DNA of 64,000 nucleotides from Phallusia mammillata. Taxonomy: Eukaryota. The notes below the pieces were generated by a model. It did no database searches, had not been told where the DNA came from, and saw only the letters and a program-made list of their open reading frames with translations. Where the stretch lies: NCBI GenBank assembly GCA_965637545.1, contig OZ281499.1, positions 10,850,001 to 10,914,000 on the forward strand, written 5' to 3'. Positions within the stretch are counted from its first letter, which is position 1. Every line of letters starts with the position of its first letter. A program made the position numbers and the translations under genes. Shown piece after piece: positions 53,763-64,000 of this stretch.

Positions 53763-54843
53763 GGTTAGTGTTTCAGCAGTTTTAACGTCTGTTTTAAATG
53801 TATTAAGTTTTGTGGCTGTGGATAATATTATGTTATGTAAAGTTAGATTGTTTGGATTGTTTTGTAATTGTGACATTCTTGACTTTTATTTGGTTTAGGT
53901 GTTTAAAAATCCGTTTTAGATCACTGATCAATTAATAAAGTGCATCTGAAACCGACTCGCTTATTCTGCCAGTCAAGAGACTTTAAAAAATTAACATCAA
54001 CATTTTGCTTCTGATGACAGCAATTGTTTTCTTAACAACAGATAAACTAGACTACAAAACAGCAGATAAACTGTATGACACTATATTGGATGAAACTGTA
54101 TTGACAACGTACATGTACAAGTTATAGGCGCCGAGTAGGCGGTTGGGTTTGTAAAGCACGAAATTTGGAAAATTTGGTTAGTTTATAACAGTATCGTACG
54201 AAATATCGTAAAGTCTGAAGAATATTAGCAACAAAACGTGGCTTGAAACTGCAACTTGTTGTGGTTAGTGCCTTGTTTGTGACGTCAAACACACAATTGT
54301 CAGTGAATGTCAGCCATTGTTGTGTACAATGCAAATGTATTGTAAAATGTAAGGCAGCACTACGAAACTTTTTTAAAAAGTTGCTAAACCAATAAAAACG
54401 CTACAGCAACGTGTTGCAATTGCAAGCTAAAAACTATTTCATACATATCGTTTTTTGTTTTGGCGAAGGTTGCATTAATGCATTAATCCTCTGTTATAAA
54501 GTGTCCATATATAGAATTCTATGGAAAGTTTGTTGGGCTTTGAGTTCTTGTGCTTGTACGCATTTGTGACGTCACACAAAGTGACGTCATATTTTACGTC
54601 ATCTTGCATTTTTGTAAAACTCGGTGCCTATGTAGTACAACAATACACTTAAATTTCACTATTTACATTTTTGTTTACATTTACATTCATTTGGGAGAAG
54701 AAGGTAATTCCTTTTGGGTAAACTTCAAATTGAGATCATATTTTTTATATTGCAAAACGACTCAACGTTACTTAAATTACGCCGATTCGCCATGATGTTG
54801 TTGAAGTAAGGTCACAACATTACAGAGTTGTACATTTTGTAAG

Positions 54844-57800
54844 TTATTTGGTGAGGTGTGTGTTGTATTTGTATCTTTCCAGTAGCATGCTGATAGCTTC
54901 CTTTCTAAGTTTCTCACCATAGGACGTCCCAACACCTTTCTTCGTTTCAGGTTGGTTGCATTTTCTTGAACACTTTAGCTTGCTGATCCATTTTGGTATG
55001 TTTGGGATTACATTCATCGGAGGAGGAAGTGAGTTCTCTTTGCGAATAAACCGAAGCCAAACTGCAGCTCTATGTAGCTTCCATTCGACCTCGGCGTTTG
55101 TGCTAGTTTCGTCATAACTTTGTGACATCATTGCGATGAGCATATTTATCATGACCAGGATAACAACGACATGATACAATGCAATAAGAGACCAAGCGAC
55201 ACCCTCTGTTATAAAGTGTCTTCCTGAAAGCGAGATGAGAGACAGATCAAACTGACCAAAGATTGCCCAGTACAGCGTACCAAACGACTCGCGGACGTTC
55301 GAAAATAGCACATTCTTGGTGCACTGCGCACCGCTAGTGGAGTTGTTAAGGGGGCAAAATAATTTCTTGGCTGCAGGTGTGCCGTAATACCAGTACAACT
55401 CGCTCAAGCTCAGCGCAAATGCTACAACAACTAGCCCAAATATGAACAAAAACTCAAGGATGTTTGTTATCATGCGAGCAAGAGATAATTGCAAGGGTCC
55501 AAGCCACCGAATTGTTCTGATCAGGTTAAGGACTCGAAGGCAGACAAATATGTATGCCCATGACAGGAGAGCCTCCGAAATCAGCTTTAATTCTGTAGGT
55601 TTCCATTCGTATCTCGGAACTTTGTTTAGGCCATTAGTGTGTTGGAAGTATTCGACAATCCTGTGTGAAAACAAGTTTATTGCACATCTAGAGCAGGAAA
55701 TATACACACCATGCACACTTTTTGTTGAAAAAAACTTGATGTGTTATTTTGCAGCACACAAAAGAGAAAACAATCTTCGATGGAGTCTTGGTCCTACCTG
55801 AGGATAATACTTGCAGATAACAATATTAGTTGAACAAGGTCGTTGATGTTCCACCAGTCAGAGAAATACTTTTTAGCTCCGTGAAAGAACAGCTCACGAA
55901 ATTCCTGCTTCCATTTTCCAATTACCCAAAACAGAATTAGCCAGTCAACTGCAGTCGGTGGTGATCCTATGATAAACACATGCAGCTATGCTTTAACTCT
56001 GAAGTTAACTTGCACTATTCCAAACAGCAATTCCATTAGTGACGTTTTTACTTATTTTGGAAAATGACCGACTTTTTTGCCGAATTTATGCTTTAGTAAT
56101 TTGTGTCTTCCCTACCCAGGTAGTCGTTTTCCACGGATCTTGTGGCGACGCTAATGAAAACCAGGACAACAAACGATAAGTCCGACAAAAGATGACAAGC
56201 AAAAGCTATTGCTGGCTTTGTGATAATTTCTGCACAAAAGAATGAATTATTAAAACAATAAGTTTATGAAGCTTTGTCCTTATGAATAAAAAATGCTTTA
56301 CTCAAAAAATCCTTGGATACCACATATTTTGCCATCATACAGTACTTTTTGTTGACTGTATTTTGTTCGGATTTGTTACTATTTGTGTTTGTTTTATTCT
56401 GATTGCACACATTTAAAGGAAGGGGGCAATGATTTAAATATTAAGTTACGTACTTCCCACTGTAGAGTATGGCGATATCAGATGATATAAAGATAGGATC
56501 GGGAAAAACACGCCAACAAGGAAATGCACAAAAATCCATTTCAACATGTTTCCTTGATGCATAAATTTTGCACCTTTGTAGTTCATGTAATCGATACATT
56601 GCTGTGGCACAAAACAATGTCGTTAAATTAGTTACTTATTTCTATTGCGTTACATATAAATAATCAAATCGATAAACGCGTAAAACCAATGCTTTTCGGC
56701 AATTAAATTTATGGTATTTTTATACGTACCTGGGAATTACTGTGTGTGACAAATTTCAACAACCTCATCTCCACCGATCGGTCAAATAGTTGAAGTCGTT
56801 GGTTTGACCGTCGGTTTGTGGAATTTCCATACATTTCTTGTTGTTCAATGTCATTAGAATGCTGCGGACTGAACCGCTTTACCACTCGTCCCAAATGACT
56901 AATATGTGTTGAGGTGTTGAGTGTGTTTCCTGTGGTTTCGCAATGAAACAAACGAAGAAGTCCATCTGATGATCGAACCTGACGTTTTCAGAAAAGATAA
57001 ACAATTTCAAGCTTCCAGACAATTTTCTGACTAACGGAGACGCAACTGACTGACGACGCTGGTCGTCCAGTGTACAAAAAACGATTTATCACAAATTACA
57101 TTCCGAAAACATAGAAAAATAACCAAAACACTTTTAAGTGTCGCTGTGTAAAATGGATAAATTAGCACGTTACTTCATCAAGTAGAGAACACATGTAGTT
57201 TTCTAGATTTTCTTCTAGCTTTATGTAGAAATCGCTATGTTGTGGTTCCATTTTAGCATACTCTTGGATTTCTTCAATCAAATCCATGCAGTATTCGAAT
57301 GGGTCCAATCCATCGGGTCCCTACAAAGATAAAAATTAGCAATTGTATCAATCAATAACTTTTTTTTTTTTACTGGTGAACATTTTCTTTATAACAGCAA
57401 CAAATTTTATAAGTTTAAAATCCGTTTTTGTGCAATACAAATAATAAATAAAACTTAAATTTTATGAGAATTTCAGCCTACCTCTGCAAGTGCTGTAATA
57501 TAGGCGGGACTTGACTTTGCTTTACACATAATTTTGCGCTCGTTGGCGGATTCCCAAAAGACCTCATTTGCTATGGTCGCAGTCTGTGCACACATGTGTC
57601 AAACAAAATACACTTAAGTTTTAAACAAAGTTTAATGTGTTTTTTTTTCAACCGATTTCAGTTAAATTTCATGTAGTCGATTCGAAAACCTCATTGGATT
57701 TGTAATGTGCGCGTACATACATTGTTAGTTTCTTTGTTTTCTTGCACAACTTTTCTTTATCTTATTTATGAACTTTTATAAATAAGAAGAAGGTTTGTTG

Positions 57801-60800
57801 CATTATTTACACCAGGGGTGGGCAACCTGCGGCCCGCGGGCCGCATGCGGCCCTTCATTAAAGCTTGTGCGGCCCGCAGAGACGCTTGGATTTCAAGTAC
57901 TGGCAAACGAGTCCAATTATTACATATTTTTGAGCTGATCTGCGATCTGGCAAAATGTGGCTAGAATCAAATACGAATTATACTTGTAGTTAAGCATATT
58001 TGGTAAGAAACAAAACAAAATCACTTTGTGTGGTGAACATGCATGTGCGGCCCTCGATCCAATTTTGACATTTATAATTGGCCCTACAGTAACAAAGGTT
58101 GCCCACCCCTGATTTACACAGTTGTATTTCCTACCAACATACGTACCAAAAGGGGCATAAATTTTAATTAATAAAATAAGTTTGACAAAGTTACTACACC
58201 ATGTATGATACAACCGATTATTATGTAGAGATCCTAATCTTTGTAAAAGTAAAAATGTGATACCAATTAGTGTTTTTCGCTTTGGTTTTGTCATTTCGGA
58301 CTAACTTTGTGTTTTGTTTTTGTTTTATTTTTTTTACTGACGTAATGTTTTTGGTAGCATTTTGAAACCAAGAAGTTGGTGTTTCAAAAAAATTGACGGC
58401 ATTTTAATGAATCCATTTTATAAACCATATTCACATACCTCTAATATATAACCATACTCCTTGAGTAGTTTGATCATTGTGTAGTTCTGAGTATATGCAG
58501 CCAACACCATTGGCGTGAAACCAGGAAAGTAATAATCACTTGATTCCAACCGACTTGTGTGAGTTCCACGTTTGCGTTCATTCTCCAATATTACTCTTAC
58601 ACCATCAACATAATCTTGTTTGATCGCGTGAAATAGGCAGTTTCCTATTTCGATCTGTAAATTGCATACACATGAATTTTTTTTACATTTCTTATATATA
58701 AACCTATAGGTTATATAGGTTGGCGGTTGTAGTTATAACCTCCTTTTATGTTTTTGTGATTAACCAACTAAAATCAACCACGGAGCTTTTATCACTACGA
58801 TGGTGCGAGTTTTGCAGCCGCACGATCTTGTTATCGCTGTTTTTTGTGGGTGGTACGTTGCAATTCATCGCTTTATAAGAAAGGTGTCTTGCAAGATATG
58901 CCATTATCCTGATGAAGGCGTCTTGCATAGGACGTCGAAACGTCGATTATTTGCAATAAAACTGCTGGATGGCCAGTACTGCACAGGGTGATACATTATG
59001 CCTGCCAGCAATTGCTGATTTAGTAAATCACCTGATTTCTCCAGCACACGTTATTTAAAATAAAGGACCAGCCAGCCCAATAATATGTTATTAAACAGGC
59101 AATTTCGTTAAAAATGAACCACAAATGTATTCCACCAGTGAAACCATTTCAAGTCAGGAATGTAATAAAATAATCAAGTCCAAAAATTCATACAAACCCC
59201 CATTTTCAGAAGAAGTTCACAAGTTGCCTTTGATCGGTTATTGATAGCAATTCTAAGAGCAGTGCGACCATCATCGTCTGTGCAATTGATATCAGGTATT
59301 TCCATCCGTTTTTCATTGAAAACGAAATACCACCCAGATGCGCTATTCTCTCCTTCTACTGCCTGAAGTTGATTCGCTTTGACAATTGTGATAAATGCTG
59401 CGTTCAATCTTGAAAAACAATACTTTTCTGTTCACATCATGATGCTAGTTAAGGCCCTTATTAATTTTAAAAGGCCGTTTTTCTTTTTTTGGTAATGGTC
59501 TTAACTGGGCAAGATTTGACAGTGATTGACAATATATTAAATTATTTAATGAAAACTAAAAATATTTTTATTGTACTTTTCATTCCGACTTGAAGGTTTC
59601 TGTTGTTCAGGTGCAGTGATAACTGAAATACAAAAAATATTATATTGTTTTACTTATATACTCGCGAAATAAAGAGTTCCTTGTCAAACATGCAAAAACT
59701 CCTAAAAGAAGTACTAAATCCCCTCAAGTGATTCGCCAAACAATACAAGAGAAACAATATCGAAATTAGACGAAAAATATCGTTCGTAACTAAAGCGGTT
59801 TCAAATTTGAAAATAGTTCAATCTACAAAAGCAAAAACCACACAAGGTTTTGCCAAATTTCTATAATTAACTAGATCCTCGTAGTAGAGTTGTAAACGGG
59901 CCGGAAATTGGAGCCCAAACCAGCCCCAACCCGAATCTTTATGAGAAACCAGTTTGGGTCCGAAAGTTTGATTGACATTAAAGCCTCATGAAAGACCAAG
60001 ACAACAAACACAAACAATGTGTTTTAGACTACTGCTCTTAAACAATGTGTTTTAGGGCTGGTCGACATTAGGTCAGGTCCAGCAACTGGCTACTTCGATA
60101 GTAATATTTGTTAAAAAAAAATCTGACACAGAGTGTAAAGTCGGGCCTGAATCATAGCATTTTTTTAAGTACCAACCCGACCCGAATCTGAACCCGGTCC
60201 GACTTACGACTTTGTCTCGTATTCATATTGATGTGTTTGAAAAAACAATACCCCCTGAGAATCCGTCTTGATTTCCATATATATCGTACATTTGTTGCTT
60301 TGTCGCTTGTTTGCGTTGTCCGGGTAATAATTGAATTAGTTGTCGCAAACCAGCAGGAATTCTAGATCTGTCAAATAAAAAAAAACATTGGTTAAAACGT
60401 TCGTCATGACTTGTAATTGCAAATGGTTGAAAGCAATTAAAATTAAAATTTATTATCTGATCCTAGCTGAAAAAAGGTGTTATGTGCTGTTAATTTATGT
60501 CAAATTTATTGAAACTTACCTTTTTCCCTCGTTATGATGTGGCGCTGACATTCTGTACATTTGAAATGAATCATCTTTGGGATTTGTCAAACTAAAAGAG
60601 TAAAAATAGTAAAAAATATAGTTGGGTAGTTAAAGGAAGATTTTTTGCGAGTAGGGTGCTAAAATGCTAAAGAAAAACGTTGGTTATACTAGCAATACGA
60701 CAGACAACTTAAAACACTATTAAAATAAACGCAAGGCGCCTTTGAGAAAGCAAAATACAAATGCGATTATTCTGTGTTATTGCAACTACACGATTTAAAA

Positions 60801-62593
60801 AATATAGTTCCTGGTAACAAATCTTACAAAATATGTTTTTTAACTTTATTTTTCAATATTCTGAAGTAGTGTTAAGGCAAGAATACTTTATTCTTTAAGA
60901 AAGAAAGTTACAAGCCTTGACTTAGGTTAGAAGGTTTTTAACCTACTTCATACCTTTCATCCGAAATATAATGCTGTTGGGATCTCATGTACGGGAAAGA
61001 AGGCTCATCGTTTGGATTTATAGGGCTGCAGTTAGAAGAATAAAAAAATCGGCATTAAAAAATCGCTTATATTCAGAGGTCAAAAAAGTAATGACATAGA
61101 AGACCGGTCTACTTTATTAAAAAATTTATTGTATGTTTAACTTTAGGCAACTGCAAATTCAGTCTGGTGCGGTATAGGTATTAGTATAAAAAGAATCAAC
61201 AACTATTAAAAATCCGGTAAAGGCGCTTTTAAATAGGCAAAATACATGTTGCGATTATTCTGTAATATTGCAACTACACGATTTATAAATAGTTTTCCGT
61301 AACAGATCCTCCAAAATATGTTGGGTTTTTTCAACTTTGTCTTTCAATATTCTGAAGTAGCGTTTTAGGCAATAATACTTTAGTCTTTGAGAAAGAAAAT
61401 TGCTAGCCTTGACTCAGTTTAGATCGTTTTAACCTACTTTATACCTTTCATCCGAAATATAATGCTGTTGGGATCTCGTGTACGGTGCATAATGTTCGTC
61501 GTTTGGACTTATAGGGCTGCGGTTAAGAGAAAAAAAATCGGCGTTAAAAACGCTTATGAAACCTGTAAAGGCGCTTTCAAAAAGCAAATACATGTTGCGA
61601 TTATTCTGTTTTATTGCAACTATGCGATTTATACATAGTTTCCCGTAACAAATCTTACAAGGTATATTATTTAACTTCATCTTTCTATATTCTTAAGTAG
61701 TGTTTTAGGCAAGAATACTTTACACTTTGAGAAAGAAAATTGCTAGCGTTGACTCAGTTTAGATCGTTTTTAACCTACTTTATACCTTTCATCCGAAATA
61801 TAATGCTGTTGGGATCTCGTGTACGGTGCATAATGTTCATCCTTTGGATTTGTAGGGCTGCGGTTAAGAGAAAAAAAATCGGCGTTGAAAAAGCTTATAT
61901 TTAAAGGTCAAAGAAGTAATTACACAGAAGACCGGTCTACTTTATTACAAATTCTATTGTCTGTTTAACTTTGGTCAACCGCATATTCGTTCAGGTATTA
62001 ATATAAAAAGTTGTAAAACTCTGACACATTAAAACGTGAAGAAAATTCAGTGTGAAAAACCACTAAATCTGTCGCTATGTTTTATTTGTTTTATCAAAAC
62101 AAATGCATTTCGCTATAAAAAGCATCATCAGTGTCTAAAAACAAAATAAAAAGCGGGATAAGAGCAAAAAATGCAAAAAACACACACCACCAGACCAACC
62201 GCAAAAAGCCTTTCCTCTGTCTTACAGGACTGCAAATGCAGACCGGCAGGTATGGCGTTGATATCAGAGTTAAAGCTGCACAATTACACATTTGTGTCAG
62301 TTCTTATAAGAATATTAAAAAATAATTCGTAAAAAAGGAAAGTGGTAGGGATTAAACCTATTCAGTCAACATCCCAACACGACTAAAAGGTATTCAAGTA
62401 AAGATAAATTTCTCAACACGACTAAAAGGTATTCAAGTAATATTTCTCTTTGAAAAGAAATTTCTTTAATCTATCTCATGCCAACTAGTGATAGTGCTAT
62501 AATTAAATTGTCCATTTCCGAAACTACCTTACGTTTTTCCTGTTATGGTTTCTCCTTCGGCTGTACCACTTTCTCTTAAAGCTTGAACGATTT
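54844..62593 (-). CDS. TRPC-like: TRPC-like (canonical TRP) cation channel, multi-exon; 5' end not resolved
   Basis: In-phase exons at 62533-62593, 60520-60591, ~60250-60383 and ~59575-59622. Ankyrin exons DINCTDDDGRTALRIAINN..ELLLKMG and IGNCLFHAIKQDY..FTPMVLAAYTQNYTMIKLL, then KSSPAYI and DPFEYCMDL. The large last exon has S4-S6, pore FGTLYWAIFG, INMLIAMMSQSY, TRP box EWKLHR and LPPPMNVIP; stop at 54844. Confidence 0.9.
57813..58111. mobile_element. hAT-type MITE in a TRP intron
   Basis: TIR caggggtgggcaacct / aggttgcccacccctg, gcggccc repeats and a perfect 8-bp TSD atttacac. Confidence 0.92.
58900..58960 (+). ncRNA. Minimal type I hammerhead ribozyme motif (Penelope-terminal type), antisense in a TRP intron
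   Basis: attatc-CTGATGA-a-ggcgtctt(gcat)aggacgtc-GAAA-CGT-C-gattat, followed by aataaa. Stem II is 8 bp with two G.U pairs, stem III is the palindrome ACGT, and stem I has 5 of 6 pairs. Confidence 0.72.
59885..60214. mobile_element. Degenerate hAT-type MITE in a TRP intron
   Basis: Imperfect TIR tagagttgtaaacgggccgg / ccggtccgacttacgactttg, cccga repeats and a TSD-like pair cctcgtag / tctcgtat. Confidence 0.6.
60716..62010. repeat. Three-unit tandem repeat (about 486, 357 and 450 bp) in a TRP intron
   Basis: Recurring blocks aaggcgc..gcgattattctg..ttgcaacta and tacctttcatccgaaatataatgctgttgggatctc, with units starting near 60716, 61202 and 61559. Confidence 0.9.
62088..62140 (-). ncRNA. Minimal type I hammerhead ribozyme motif, sense within a TRP intron
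   Basis: Minus strand agaca-CTGATGA-t-gct(ttttat)agc-GAAA-TGCAT-T-tgttt, followed by aataaa. Stem III is the palindrome ATGCAT and stem I is 5 bp with one G.U pair. Confidence 0.6.
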
Positions 62594-62805
62594 CTTAAAA
62601 TACAATAAAGTGGGCATTAAACTGTTATGTCAAAATAAACTAATTTTGGGACTCCAGTACATTAAATCCTATAAATCAATCTGTTCAAACAAAAAAATTG
62701 ATTAAACGCAGCTAATTATTTTTTTTAAATATATAGTATTTTTAAAGTAGTTGTGGTTAACTAAAAAAATTAAGCCGGTTAAATTTGTTCATACATAACA
62801 TACAA

Positions 62806-64000
62806 ACTAGAAAAGTGGCTTTATGATATACTTCAATTTTATATATTCTATACGATATTTACTATACTATACACAATTGTATCTACATGTATGATTGTTT
62901 TTGCAAGCAAAAACGAATTGGTCTCCACACGCGTGTTTATGCAGATTTACGGTAAACCTATGTTGCGGTTATTTTTAGATTCTTAAGGACAAATTTTTCA
63001 CAAAGCATTAACTTAACTTTAAAAGTCTTTGTCCGTATTCTTTTTGCATCATTATTGTCATATAATTACAAACAAAAACGGTGAAAAAAGAAGGGGGAAA
63101 TACTTTCAATTTAATCTCTTGCTTTGACCTTGATATTGTCGTTCAAGTTCAGTTTTTAAACACATATTTTCCTAGAAAGCCTTAACTGTTATATTAGACA
63201 CTATATAAAAAAGGTCGTTTGCTACAAAGATATACAAAACAACTTGTTTATCACTTAACTTTGTTTCGCAAAAACGACCGCTTAATGACCTTTTGACACT
63301 GTTTTTAACAGCATGCAGTCCTTAGTGTTTAACAATACCGTTCAGCCTAATTTATACATCACTTAAGTACTGATTCTTGAATTGATTTGTCAAAAATAAA
63401 GAAGATACGTTATGACGAAAAATTCTTAACTGTGTTGTAATGCCTACAAGTTGACCATTAGTGACCCGTGGTTATGCGACGGCCAAGCTGACAACGAGAA
63501 TTTAAAGACCATTTATCGCGGCGTTTAAAAAAGTTGAAGTTTATTTTTTCATATTTATGTTGATCAACGACGTTTTGCCTGACATAAACGAAACCGAAGT
63601 ACGTTTATCGAGTTTAAATTACGTCTTAGGTGTAAAAACTTCGCCAAAACTGAAAATGCGCGTGATAACTCAATAAAACGACACAGCATTGCTGCACAAA
63701 AAAACAGCTGATTTCTAATCACCCAAACGACTGTCTCGTAAAACGTCTGCCCGGACATCAAGCTTAGCACTCCCGCTCTGCCGCCTTAATCATAAACCAG
63801 TGAATTCCTCCCTTGGGACTTATATCTGACTGATATCGTACACATATTATGGGTTGTAAAGGTAACTGGCAAAATTTTAAATACTAAACGAATACTCTGC
63901 TTAAACAATTGTTATTTTTTTAAATATTTCTGCACCATAGGGCTTGTATTTCTGCCTTAAAACTAAAACGTATTATTTCGGGGTTTAAAGGGTGAAAAAT
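62806..64000 (+). mobile_element. Second copy of the Helentron/HINE-like element, running off the window end
   Basis: Starts actagaaaagtggc. 63430-64000 is collinear with about 38095-38660. It carries roughly 450 bp of extra internal sequence relative to the 37960 copy. Confidence 0.6.

Noticed and set aside
60716-62010. CRISPR-like array
   Set aside because: The units are hundreds of bp long with no repeat-spacer structure, and the context is eukaryotic.
62375-62440. 27-bp direct repeat (similar small duplications near 25020, 49130 and 60013)
   Set aside because: Ordinary slippage-type micro-duplications with no further structure.
1-64000. The many 60-120 aa ORFs in the six-frame track as independent genes
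   Set aside because: They are exon-plus-intron read-throughs of the XDH-like and TRP genes, antisense shadows, or chance ORFs within repeats.

Overview
AT-rich, intron-rich eukaryotic (metazoan) genomic DNA; the species cannot be determined from the sequence. Most of the window is a cluster of five xanthine dehydrogenase/aldehyde oxidase (XDH/AOX)-family molybdo-flavoenzyme genes from two paralog classes, here called A and B. In order: A1 (+, 3' end only, to 1381), B2 (-, 3968-12420), A3 (-, 16329-25167), A4 (+, 33085-42555, pseudogene) and B5 (+, 44183-52528). B2-A3 and A4-B5 are the two arms of a diverged inverted duplication (about 23-26 kb per arm) centred on a ~630 bp spacer near 29.5 kb. 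A multi-exon TRPC-like channel gene lies on the minus strand from 54844 to at least 62593. Interspersed elements include hAT-type MITEs with 8-bp TSDs, a young tRNA-derived SINE, a Helentron-like non-autonomous family and Penelope-type fragments carrying hammerhead-ribozyme motifs. The most notable observations are: (i) both B genes appear to need a non-canonical GA-AG intron; (ii) all four copies whose Mo-site exon is in the window lack the xanthine-binding Arg880 (Lys or Ala instead) but keep Glu802, Glu1261 and the XDH-type FAD/NAD residues; (iii) mosaic homogenisation of some exons between otherwise divergent A and B genes; (iv) two structurally plausible minimal hammerhead ribozymes inside TRP introns. 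All alignments, exon calls and identities were made by eye.
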